A stretch of DNA of 64,000 nt from Clostridia bacterium (GTDB taxonomy: Bacteria; Bacillota; Clostridia; Oscillospirales; CAG-272). Shown here in pieces: positions 9,744 through 18,371 of the stretch. The translations under genes were made by a program, and so were the position numbers. The stretch is taken from positions 6,448 to 70,447 of the forward strand of contig JAFTNJ010000035.1 of the NCBI GenBank assembly GCA_017451915.1, given 5' to 3'. The first letter of the stretch is position 1, and every line of letters starts with the position of its first letter. A model generated the notes under the pieces. It searched no databases. It worked only from the letters and a program-made list of their open reading frames with translations, and was not told where the DNA came from.

Positions 9744-11138
9744 TCAATACTCCGCGTTTCCTACGGTACGAGGATACGGAATAACGTCACGAATGTTGGC
9801 AACACCCGTCAAGTACATGATGATACGCTCAAAGCCCAGACCGTAGCCCGCGTGCTTTGTGCCACCGTACTTACGCAGGTTCACGTACCACCAGTAATCC
9901 TCTTCCTTCAGATTGCACTCCTCCATGCGCGCCAGAAGCACGTCCAAACGCTCTTCTCTCTGGCTACCGCCAATGATCTCACCAACGCCGGGAACCAGCA
10001 TATCCATTGCCGCAACGGTCTTTCCGTCGTCGTTGAGTCGCATATAGAAGGATTTGATCTCCTTGGGATAGTTAATAACGAATACCGGCTTACCGAACAC
10101 CTGCTCGGTCAGGTATCTCTCATGCTCGGTCTGCAGGTCACAGCCCCATTCTACCGGGTACTTGAACTCTGCGCCGCTCTTTTTCAGCAGCTCGATGGCA
10201 TCGGTGTAGGTCACCTTCTCGTAGTTGCTGTTTGCCAGTGTGTTCAGGCGCTCCAAAAGGCCCTTGTCCACAAAATTATTAAAGAATTCCAGCTCCTGAC
10301 GGCAATGCTCCAGAACATGGTGAATAATGTACTGGATCATATCCCAGGCCAGCTGCATATTGTCATCCAGATCCGCAAACGCGATCTCGGGCTCGATCAT
10401 CCAGAATTCGGCCGCGTGACGCGCGGTGTTGGAGTTCTCTGCACGGAAGGTGGGACCAAAGGTATAGATGTTACCAAAGGCCATAGCGTAGGTCTCGCCC
10501 TCCAGCTGTCCCGAAACGGTCAGGTTGGCACTCTTGCCAAAGAAGTCCTGGGACCAATCGATCTCCCCGCTCTCGGTCAGAGGAGGATTCTTGGGATCGA
10601 TGGTGGTTACGCGGAACATCTCACCGGCACCCTCGCAGTCGGAGCCCGTGATCAGGGGCGTGTGAACGTACACGAATCCGCGGTTGTGGAAGAAGGAATG
10701 AATGGCGTATGCCACCTCACTTCGAACACGGAAAACCGCCGAAAACAGATTGGTTCTGGGACGCAGGTAGGCCTGCTCACGCAGATACTCTACAGTGTGA
10801 CGCTTCTTTTGCAGAGGGTAATCGGGCGTGGAGGTGCCCTCCACAACGATCTCCACAGCCTTAAGCTCGAAGGGCTGCTTCATTTCGGGAGTCAGAACAA
10901 CAACGCCCTTTACCACCACGGCAGAACCCACGTTCAGCTTGGCGATCTCATCGTAATTGGAGATCTTCTCGCGCTCAAACACCACCTGCATGGTTTTGAA
11001 GCAGCTACCGTCATACAAATCAATAAAGCCGAACGCCTTGCTATCGCGAATACTTCTCGCCCAGCCGCCAACGGTGATCTCTTTGCCGTCGAAGGCGTTT
11101 TGATCGGCATAAATGCTTTTGATCAAATCTCTTTTCAT
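9744..11138 (-). CDS. asnS: Asparagine--tRNA ligase
   Basis: 464 aa, class IIb. Contains [29 protein letters not shown] and GLGFERI. Confidence 0.93.
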   Translation of the reverse strand: MKRDLIKSIYADQNAFDGKEITVGGWARSIRDSKAFGFIDLYDGSCFKTMQVVFEREKISNYDEIAKLNVGSAVVVKGVVVLTPEMKQPFELKAVEIVVEGTSTPDYPLQKKRHTVEYLREQAYLRPRTNLFSAVFRVRSEVAYAIHSFFHNRGFVYVHTPLITGSDCEGAGEMFRVTTIDPKNPPLTESGEIDWSQDFFGKSANLTVSGQLEGETYAMAFGNIYTFGPTFRAENSNTARHAAEFWMIEPEIAFADLDDNMQLAWDMIQYIIHHVLEHCRQELEFFNNFVDKGLLERLNTLANSNYEKVTYTDAIELLKKSGAEFKYPVEWGCDLQTEHERYLTEQVFGKPVFVINYPKEIKSFYMRLNDDGKTVAAMDMLVPGVGEIIGGSQREERLDVLLARMEECNLKEEDYWWYVNLRKYGGTKHAGYGLGFERIIMYLTGVANIRDVIPYPRTVGNAEY

Positions 11139-11177
11139 TTCGAACCTCTTTTTGGATGGTTATTTCTACATCAAATT

Positions 11178-11206
11178 ATTATAGCACACTTTCCTTGTGT
11201 TGTCAA
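11178..11206 (-). promoter_or_regulatory. Consensus promoter TTGACA-17-TATAAT of asnS
   Basis: On the minus strand, TTGACA is at 11206-11201, the spacer is 17 nt and TATAAT is at 11183-11178. The leader is only about 40 nt, so there is no room for a T-box. Confidence 0.75.
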
Positions 11207-11261
11207 TCGAATTCTTTCGGTTTTGGGAAAATTCCCCGAAAAAAGCAAAAAGAATTTCTTT

Positions 11262-11681
11262 TTAAGGAACCAAAACGCAGCGATGCACGATTCCGTCGCA
11301 TCCCAATGCCAAAAACTCCTTTTGGTAATCAAACCACAACGCACGCAAGGGTGTGGAGAGCACTCGACGCGCGGCCTTGAGGGAATATTGCGTGGTGAAT
11401 TTATAAAATGAAATGTCTGCATCGTAGCTATGCGCAACCGTTTCCGCACACTGCCCGCAACGCTCGGCCAACGTCATAGAGTATTGCTTTTTGGGCAAAT
11501 CAATGGGGATGGAACGGCCGCAATGCACACAGCCGGCACTCCTCACCAGCTCCATATCGGTCCCCTTTACATCAATGATCACCTTGCCCTTGGTATTCAG
11601 GGTCTGATCCAAAAACAGTAACAGATCCCTCATTGTAGACTCCGGCGAAACCCGGGACGATGGAATAAGAATTCTATCCAA
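11262..11681 (-). CDS. Hypothetical 139-aa protein with a Cys4 (CxxC...CxxC) zinc-ribbon-like motif
   Basis: TTG start 11681 lies 7 nt after AGGAGG, which overlaps the stop of the adenylase gene. Contains CVHCG and CGQCAE. No family recognised. Confidence 0.55.
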   Translation of the reverse strand: MDRILIPSSRVSPESTMRDLLLFLDQTLNTKGKVIIDVKGTDMELVRSAGCVHCGRSIPIDLPKKQYSMTLAERCGQCAETVAHSYDADISFYKFTTQYSLKAARRVLSTPLRALWFDYQKEFLALGCDGIVHRCVLVP

Positions 11682-11693
11682 GCCGCCCCCTCC

Positions 11694-13202
11694 TTATACA
11701 AAGTAGCGTTGTGCCAGCTGTTTGCGGTCCTTTTTTCCGTTGGGAGTCAGGGGCATACGCTCCAATCGGTGACAGAGTGCCGGCAGCATATAGCGTGGCA
11801 GGTGGTTTTTGAGGTTCTCCATTAAGGAATCAACCTGAGCAGATCCCGTATAAAACAGGACGATCTGCTTTTTCTCGCTATCGTACAAGCAACAGGTTTG
11901 ATCCACGCCCCCGTCCTTTTGCGCGGCGACCTCGATCTCGCCAAGCTCGATGCGGTGCCCCATATGCTTGATCTGGGCGTCGCGACGGCAGACGAAGACC
12001 AGCTCTCCGTGGGAATTGCAATAGGCAATGTCCCCGGTACGGTAGACCAGCTCGGGATAGGCCGATTGCAAGGGGTTTTGCACAAAGGCCTCGGACGTCT
12101 TTTCGGGTTGATTGTAATATCCCAAGGTCACGCAGGTACCGCGAAGATAGATCTCTCCCATCTCTCCGTCCCGCACCTCGCGGCCATCCTCGCCGATCAA
12201 CAACAGATCGGTATTGCGGAAGGGACGACCGATGGGAATGGCCTCCTCGGCATCCAACGCGCGGTCTGCCCGCCAGTAGCAGGACATTCCCGTGGCCTCG
12301 GTGGGCCCATAAAGGTTATAGAAGGTTGCTTGGGGCAGAGCCTCTCGCCAGAGCGCGTACTGACGCTTGGGAAAGACCTCGCTGCCAAAGGCCACGGTGG
12401 TAAGATAGCGCGGCGGATTCTTTTCCAATACCCCCAAGGAGGAGATCATGGTCAGTGCCGACACCACCCAGCAGACCGTATTGATACGGTGCTGATTGAG
12501 GAAATCGCAAAGCCGTATGGGAAAGAGAAAGAGGGACTTTGGAACAAAATAGGCGGTGGCACCAAATTTGATCACCGGCATCAGCTCCTTCAGGGGAGCG
12601 TCAAAGAACAGCGGGGTCTGATTGGCAAACACCGAATCCTCGGAAAACTGCAGAGCATCGCAAAGAGCTTCGGTATAGTCGATCACCGAGCGATGGCAGG
12701 CCACCACACCCTTGGGGACGCCGGTAGAGCCCGAGGTAAAAACAACGTAGATGGGATCGGTATCGATCTGCCGCCGGCGAATCTCCGCCAGGGCCTCCTC
12801 TTGGATCGCCGTAGTTGCCAGGGATTCGTACCGAAGGATCTTGCCGGAAAACTGCAGCTTTCTCGCAAGAGATTCTCCCTTTTCGTCCACGATCAACGCC
12901 CGAGCGCCAACGCTCTCCAGGATCATTTCCATCCGTCCCGCAGGCATATCCATATCCAAGGGGATATAAAAGCCGCCGGCATAAACCACACCAAAGAAGG
13001 CGGCCACCTGGGTGGGATGCTTTTTCATCAGGATCCCCACGGGGGCCTTGGCAAGTCCCTGCTCCAGCAGGGCCGATCCAATGCTACGGCTGGCCTGATG
13101 AAGCTGAGAAAAGGTCAGATGCTCGGTGCCGTCCGAGTAAGCGATCTTATTTGGCAACCTTGGCGCGGTTGCCTCCAGATATTCTAAAATGTTAATTTGC
13201 AT
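11694..13202 (-). CDS. Stand-alone amino-acid adenylation enzyme (DltA-like ANL superfamily)
   Basis: Core motifs TSGSTGVPKG, YGPTE, YRTGD and PNGKKDRK. ATG 13202 lies 2 nt after the TGA of the upstream gene, with GGAGGA 6 nt ahead. The ORF-track start 13208 is a TTG. Confidence 0.85.
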   Translation of the reverse strand: MQINILEYLEATAPRLPNKIAYSDGTEHLTFSQLHQASRSIGSALLEQGLAKAPVGILMKKHPTQVAAFFGVVYAGGFYIPLDMDMPAGRMEMILESVGARALIVDEKGESLARKLQFSGKILRYESLATTAIQEEALAEIRRRQIDTDPIYVVFTSGSTGVPKGVVACHRSVIDYTEALCDALQFSEDSVFANQTPLFFDAPLKELMPVIKFGATAYFVPKSLFLFPIRLCDFLNQHRINTVCWVVSALTMISSLGVLEKNPPRYLTTVAFGSEVFPKRQYALWREALPQATFYNLYGPTEATGMSCYWRADRALDAEEAIPIGRPFRNTDLLLIGEDGREVRDGEMGEIYLRGTCVTLGYYNQPEKTSEAFVQNPLQSAYPELVYRTGDIAYCNSHGELVFVCRRDAQIKHMGHRIELGEIEVAAQKDGGVDQTCCLYDSEKKQIVLFYTGSAQVDSLMENLKNHLPRYMLPALCHRLERMPLTPNGKKDRKQLAQRYFV

Positions 13203-13204
13203 GG

Positions 13205-14290
13205 TCAATCCTCCGCGTAGGGCTCAAGGCTGGGGGTGCTGGTTATGATCTGCTCGGCGCAAGGGGGATATTTTGAAGAGTCATAGGCGTAAAAATAGCC
13301 GGTGACCCCTTGCTCGTTGGCACGGAGATGGGTATAAGACGCGATCTGCCGCTCGGTCAGCAGGCAACCGCTGTGCTGCATCCCCTGCAACCGACAAGCG
13401 TCAAAATGATACCATCTGGGCTGATCGGTGGTTCCTATATTCACGTAATTCCAATAATGCCGCTCGTCCACCAGCCCCCGGGTACGCTGGATATCCATGT
13501 TCTCAATGCCCAGACGCTCAAAAAAGGCCTTGGAAAGGGCGAAATAGGTATAACAATCCCCTTCCCCGGTGCGCAAACCCTCATAAGCCGCGCGGATCCA
13601 ATCGTTTTTATCCGAGGTTGAGGTGTAGGCCACGTGATAAAACACGTAACCGTAAACGGCGCGGGCCTGTTGCTCCTTGCTCCCCGCCGTGGGAACAAAC
13701 TCCTTGATGATGGGATCCAAGCGGGCGCAGAGCATTTCCCAGGTAATTTTTTCTTGGTACAGATACAGGGTTACCGTCACCTCGGCGCGGTTCCCGGCGG
13801 CATCGGTGGCAATATAGGTCACGGGATAGGCCCCCGGCGTGGTTCGATCGACCAGGGAGCTATCCACCTGCAGGTCCAGGCTCCCACCGCAGTTATCGGT
13901 CACCGAAACGCCCGTGCGGTAAGAGATTCCGTCCCCCAGATAGGCGCTCAGGTCCTTGGCACCGTGGATCACGGGGGGATCCAGATCCTTTTGCAGGGTA
14001 AACAACACCTCATAGGTCTGCTCCCGTCCGCGGGCGTCGGTAACGATCAGCGAAAGGCGATACTCTCCCAGGGTGGAAAAGGAATACTCCTGGGCAAAGC
14101 GAGCCGCCGCGCCCTCCGGCAGAGAAACGATGAAATCCTCGGCGCGAGGCAACGGGACGCCCACCGCCCAAACCAGGTTACGGGTCAGGACCTCCTCCGT
14201 GGGAGGGGTCTGCCCTCCGTTGCAGCCCAGCAAAGAGAGCAAAAGCAAAAGAACCACCGCAAGGGCTGTGGCGTATTGGATCTTTTTCAT
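13205..14290 (-). CDS. Lipoprotein with an Ig-like domain and a transglutaminase-like cysteine-protease core
   Basis: MKKIQY... begins at ATG 14290 after GGAGGTGAG. Lipobox LLGC, an Ig-like segment (PGAYPVTYIATDAAGNRAEVTVTLY), then GEGDCYTYFAL and HYWNYV. Confidence 0.75.
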   Translation of the reverse strand: MKKIQYATALAVVLLLLLSLLGCNGGQTPPTEEVLTRNLVWAVGVPLPRAEDFIVSLPEGAAARFAQEYSFSTLGEYRLSLIVTDARGREQTYEVLFTLQKDLDPPVIHGAKDLSAYLGDGISYRTGVSVTDNCGGSLDLQVDSSLVDRTTPGAYPVTYIATDAAGNRAEVTVTLYLYQEKITWEMLCARLDPIIKEFVPTAGSKEQQARAVYGYVFYHVAYTSTSDKNDWIRAAYEGLRTGEGDCYTYFALSKAFFERLGIENMDIQRTRGLVDERHYWNYVNIGTTDQPRWYHFDACRLQGMQHSGCLLTERQIASYTHLRANEQGVTGYFYAYDSSKYPPCAEQIITSTPSLEPYAED

Positions 14291-14328
14291 GGTTCTCTCA
14301 CCTCCCGGGATCACACAAGATAAGGAAA

Positions 14329-14351
14329 GCAGAACCGAGTTCCGATTCTGC
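14329..14351 (-). terminator. Possible weak terminator after asnA
   Basis: A 9-bp stem including one G-U pair on the minus strand, followed only by TTTCC. Weak U-tract. Confidence 0.35.
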
Positions 14352-14366
14352 TCCCAAGGGCAAGGA

Positions 14367-15371
14367 TCACAGCAAATGCACGCCGCGCTCCTCGCAGAGT
14401 CTTACCTCCTCCGCGCTCCAGTGGGAGGATTGCACCTCGCCAATATGAGCCTTGCGAAGGAAAAACATACACATTCTGGATTGTCCGATACCGCCACCGA
14501 TGGTATACGGAAGCTCGCCGTTCAGCAGGGCCTTGTGGAACGGGAGCTCCTGTCGGTCCTCACATCCACGCTCCTTCAGCTGATAGCGAAGGGTCTCCTC
14601 GTCCACGCGGATTCCCATGGAGGAGAGCTCCAGAGCAATGTCCAAAATGGGATAATATACGATGATATCACCGTTGAGGGACCAATCGTCGTAGTCGGGG
14701 GCACGGCCATCGTGGATCTTTCCGCTCTTCAGCTTACCGCCGATCTGCATCAAAAAGATAGCGCCGTACTCCTTGGCCGCGGCGTATTCCCGCTCCTTGG
14801 CCGTCAGCTCGGGCCAGCGGTCCTCCAGCTCCTGGGAGGTAATGTAGGTGATCTTCTCGGGCAACAGCTTGCCAATAAAGGAATATTCGTTTACGATGTA
14901 GTTCTCGGTGTGGCGCAGCGTCCGATAGATGCACTCCACCACCTCCTTGAGGTAAGTGAGATTGCGTTGCTCGGGGGTAATGATCTTTTCCCAATCCCAT
15001 TGATCCACGAACATGGAGTGAATGTTATCGGTATCCTCGTCGCGGCGAATGGCGTTCATATCGGTATAAAGCCCTTCCCCTGCCTCAAAGCCGTAGGTTT
15101 TGAGGGCAAAACGCTTCCATTTTGCCAGGGAATGTACGATCTCCAGGGTCTTGCCGGAAAACAGATCGAACTGTACCGGACGCTCCACACCGTTGAGGTT
15201 ATCGTTCAGGCCGATCTCGGGATCCACAAACAGAGGAGCCGAAACACGGATCAGATTGAGCTGTGCGGTCAGATCGCGCTCAAAAAAATCCTTGACCTTT
15301 TTAATGGCGTATTGGGTTTGACGGAGGGAGAGAAAAGATTGATAGCCCTCGGGAATCATAACGTTTGACAT
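14367..15371 (-). CDS. asnA: Aspartate--ammonia ligase (asparagine synthetase A)
   Basis: 334 aa. N-terminus [26 protein letters not shown] and overall length are typical of AsnA. Confidence 0.85.
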   Translation of the reverse strand: MSNVMIPEGYQSFLSLRQTQYAIKKVKDFFERDLTAQLNLIRVSAPLFVDPEIGLNDNLNGVERPVQFDLFSGKTLEIVHSLAKWKRFALKTYGFEAGEGLYTDMNAIRRDEDTDNIHSMFVDQWDWEKIITPEQRNLTYLKEVVECIYRTLRHTENYIVNEYSFIGKLLPEKITYITSQELEDRWPELTAKEREYAAAKEYGAIFLMQIGGKLKSGKIHDGRAPDYDDWSLNGDIIVYYPILDIALELSSMGIRVDEETLRYQLKERGCEDRQELPFHKALLNGELPYTIGGGIGQSRMCMFFLRKAHIGEVQSSHWSAEEVRLCEERGVHLL

Positions 15372-15419
15372 TGTTTGTTTACCAAGCCTTTCGGGGGTAT
15401 TGTTTCATAAAATAAAAAA

Positions 15420-15887
15420 TTAAGATCGACGCCTTCCCTTGCGCAATGCGGAAAAGAAGGTGGAAAGAAGAGCGAGAGACTCTTCTTGTAAAAGCCCGCT
15501 TTCGCAAACGGGCTGACACTCCAAAGGATAGGAGGAGAGGCGGAACAGACTCTCACACGCACCGGCACGAGGATCCTTGGCTGCATAAACGATCCTGGGG
15601 ATTCTGGCGTTAATCGCGGCGCCTGCGCACATGGGACAGGGCTCCAGGGTAACGTAGAGGGTGCAATCCGACAGTCGCCAGGATCCAACCCTTTTGCACG
15701 CCTCGGAAATCGCCAGGGTCTCGGCGTGAGCGGTAGCATCGTTATCGTTGACACATCGGTTATGGGCACGGGAAAGCAATTCGGTTCCGCGAACCACGAC
15801 CGCTCCCACGGGAACCTCCCCTTCCGCAGCCGCTTGCGCCGCCTCTTCCAGGGCAACGCGCATCCATTGTTCATCCATGTTCATCAT
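15420..15887 (-). CDS. tadA: tRNA adenosine(34) deaminase
   Basis: HAETLAI and PCPMCAGA zinc-deaminase motifs. The ATG directly abuts the TAA of the upstream CPBP gene. Confidence 0.9.
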   Translation of the reverse strand: MMNMDEQWMRVALEEAAQAAAEGEVPVGAVVVRGTELLSRAHNRCVNDNDATAHAETLAISEACKRVGSWRLSDCTLYVTLEPCPMCAGAAINARIPRIVYAAKDPRAGACESLFRLSSYPLECQPVCESGLLQEESLALLSTFFSALRKGRRRS

Positions 15888-16907
15888 TTACATCACCATC
15901 GCAATCAGCAGGATCAGCCCCACCTGCAATGCCACCAGCACCACAAAAGCAATCATGGATGGTGCCCAGAACAAACGGCGAACGCGATTGGCCGCCACGG
16001 GAGCCGCGGAGTAGCCATCACAGGACGGCAGCTCTCTTCCAAAAAAGCCCTCCGAGAAATCCCTCTCGCGCTTGGAGAAAAAGCGAAGGATCAGTACCGC
16101 GGCAGACAAAATTCCAAGGAAGAAGATCACCAGCTCCAAAAGGTCAATATACAGCAAAAGCTGAACCGAATCCTCCAGTGCGGTATAGATCAGGTTCTCT
16201 GTGGTGGCAACGAAATTGTTAAAGATATGGAGCAGAACACAGTTCCAAATGCTGCCGGTGCGCTCGTAAATGATCCCCAACAGAATTCCCGCCGCAAAGG
16301 TATACAGGATCTGGGCAGGATTCTGATGCATCAGGCTAAAGAGCAACGAGCTGATCAAAATGGCGTTGCTTCGCCCAAAGGGCAAGCAGTTAGTCAGTAT
16401 GGCACCCCGGAACAAAAACTCCTCGCAAAAGCCCGGCACCATGCAGACCACAATGAATTCCAGCACCCAATGATAAACCGTGGGCAAACCCGCTTCGGCC
16501 TCCGGCGCTTCAAAAAATATATCGGGATAGCCGCCAAAGATCTCCATGATCCAGGAATTCAAATAGGAAAAAACAAAGACCAGAGAAACGCTGCTCAAAA
16601 GGATCAGGGGCAACCAGGGAGAGATCTTCAGGGGCGAATACATGGAACGGTAGGAATAGCCCGCCCGTTTGACAAACATTTTTAAAAAAATCACCGGAAC
16701 CATAAAGCAAGCGGTATAGCCTGCCGCGTAGGACAGCTGATAGATCAAGTCGTAAGCCACCGGGGCGTGCGGTAAAACCGCCCCCAGCACCATGGGCAGG
16801 AGCAACGTGATCACCAATCCAAACACGTTAAACAAAAGAAGAAAGATCAACATGGTAAATCCAATGGCACTCACCGTTTTTCGATAATACTGTTCATTGA
16901 GATTCAT
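15888..16907 (-). CDS. CPBP-family intramembrane glutamic endopeptidase (CAAX protease-like)
   Basis: EEFLFRG, FSLMH and LLHIFNN motifs in a polytopic protein. Start moved to ATG 16907 after GGGAGGAAACCGAA. Confidence 0.8.
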   Translation of the reverse strand: MNLNEQYYRKTVSAIGFTMLIFLLLFNVFGLVITLLLPMVLGAVLPHAPVAYDLIYQLSYAAGYTACFMVPVIFLKMFVKRAGYSYRSMYSPLKISPWLPLILLSSVSLVFVFSYLNSWIMEIFGGYPDIFFEAPEAEAGLPTVYHWVLEFIVVCMVPGFCEEFLFRGAILTNCLPFGRSNAILISSLLFSLMHQNPAQILYTFAAGILLGIIYERTGSIWNCVLLHIFNNFVATTENLIYTALEDSVQLLLYIDLLELVIFFLGILSAAVLILRFFSKRERDFSEGFFGRELPSCDGYSAAPVAANRVRRLFWAPSMIAFVVLVALQVGLILLIAMVM

Positions 16908-16999
16908 TTCGGTTTCCTCCCTTCTTTTCCGCGCGCAACAGAAACAATATTTCATATTATTTTACCACAAAACCCTGGGATTGTAAAGGGCTTTCCATA

Positions 17000-17040
17000 A
17001 AAAAAGAAAAAAAGAACCGATGTTTTCACATCGGTTCTTT
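17000..17040 (-). terminator. Intrinsic terminator of the MsmX-type ATPase gene
   Basis: On the minus strand, GAACCGATG-TGAAAA-CATCGGTTC is followed by TTTTTTTCTTTTTTT. Confidence 0.8.
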
Positions 17041-17060
17041 TCAAATTCAGTAAATCAAGA

Positions 17061-18176
17061 TTAGTGGATGATGCAACGCTCGGTATCCTTATCGAAGATG
17101 TGCATTCTCTCCATGTCAAAGCCGATCTTAATGGTATCGCCGGCACGGGTGGTGGATCTGGAGGATACGCGCGCGGTCAGCTTGCCTTCCTCACCAACGT
17201 TGAGGTACAGGTAAATCTCTGCGCCCATCAACTCGGTAACGTCTACGAATGCGTTCAGGGTTGCACCCTCGCACTTGTCAATACCGGAAACGTCGTCGTG
17301 GATACACTCGGGACGGAGACCGCCAACAACTTCCTTGCCAATGTACTCAGCCAGAGCGGGATTCTCTGCCTTCTCCTTGGGCAGCTTCAGAGCGTTGCCC
17401 TCGTATACGAAGTACAGACCGTCGGCCTTCTTCTCAAGGGTACCGTTGAGGAAGTTCATCTGAGGAGTTCCGATAAAGCCTGCAACGAACAGGTTTACGG
17501 GCTCGTCATACAGCTTCTGAGGAGTATCTACCTGCTGGATCAGACCGTCCTTCATAACTACGATTCTGGTAGCCATGGTCATAGCCTCTACCTGGTCGTG
17601 CGTTACGTATACGAAGGTGGTACCAACGCGGTTGTGGAGCTTGGTCAGCTCGGTTCTCATGGCAGCACGGAGCTTTGCGTCCAAGTTGGACAACGGCTCG
17701 TCGAGAAGGAATACCTGGGGATCACGAACGATTGCACGACCCAAAGCCACACGCTGCTTCTGACCACCGGACAGAGCCTTGGGCTTACGGTCCAGCAAGT
17801 GGGTGATGTCCAGGATACGGGCTGCATCCTCTACCTTCTTCTTAATGGTTTCCTTCGGAACCTTGCTCAGCTTCAGACCGAATGCCATGTTCTCAAACAC
17901 GGACATATGGGGGTACAGAGCGTAGTTCTGGAACACCATCGCGATCTTACGATCCTTAGGAGCAACGTCGTTCACCAGACGGTCGCCGATGAAGAGCTCG
18001 CCCTCGGAAATTTCTTCCAGACCTGCGATCATACGAAGGGTGGTGGACTTACCGCAACCGGAAGGTCCTACCAATACCAAGAATTCCTTATCCTTAACTT
18101 CCAGGTTAAAGTCGGACACTGCGGTAACGCCGCCCGGATACTTTTTATAAATATGTCTGAGGGATAAACCTGCCAT
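17061..18176 (-). CDS. Stand-alone sugar ABC importer ATPase (MsmX/MsmK/MalK type)
   Basis: GPSGCGKSTTLRMIAGLE, LSGGQKQRVALGRA and FLLDEPLSNLD, with a C-terminal regulatory domain. Monocistronic. Confidence 0.9.
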   Translation of the reverse strand: MAGLSLRHIYKKYPGGVTAVSDFNLEVKDKEFLVLVGPSGCGKSTTLRMIAGLEEISEGELFIGDRLVNDVAPKDRKIAMVFQNYALYPHMSVFENMAFGLKLSKVPKETIKKKVEDAARILDITHLLDRKPKALSGGQKQRVALGRAIVRDPQVFLLDEPLSNLDAKLRAAMRTELTKLHNRVGTTFVYVTHDQVEAMTMATRIVVMKDGLIQQVDTPQKLYDEPVNLFVAGFIGTPQMNFLNGTLEKKADGLYFVYEGNALKLPKEKAENPALAEYIGKEVVGGLRPECIHDDVSGIDKCEGATLNAFVDVTELMGAEIYLYLNVGEEGKLTARVSSRSTTRAGDTIKIGFDMERMHIFDKDTERCIIH

Positions 18177-18371
18177 TTTTTGTTCCTCCTAAGATTGCCC
18201 CCGGTGAGGGCATTATTTTTAACACTATATATTGTACCAAATTTTCGCCAAAAATGGAAGAGGTTAATTCTCCAAAATTTCTTCCCCGCCATTGTGCAAC
18301 CTGCACAATTTTCAATAACAAACTATGAACTCGAAACCGAGAAAAAACCTTCGTTTTTTAATAAATTAAAA

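Noticed and set aside
11139-11261. Possible T-box or other leader upstream of asnS (also checked upstream of asnA, gltX and glnS)
   Set aside because: No GGTGGTACCGCG-like T-box sequence is present. The asnS leader is only about 40 nt downstream of a consensus promoter. asnA, gltX and glnS have upstream gaps of less than 50 nt.
15356-15874. 172-aa alternative-frame ORF overlapping tadA
   Set aside because: The tadA frame carries the HAE and PCxxC deaminase motifs. The alternative frame is Pro/Arg-rich with no start context.
18292-18308. Assigning the TTGTGCA-ACC-TGCACAA palindrome to Rex or CRP/FNR
   Set aside because: The half-sites are similar, but the spacing (7-3-7, or 5-5-5) does not match the remembered Rex (TTGTGAA-N4-TTCACAA) or CRP (TGTGA-N6-TCACA) geometry. 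I keep it only as an unassigned palindrome.
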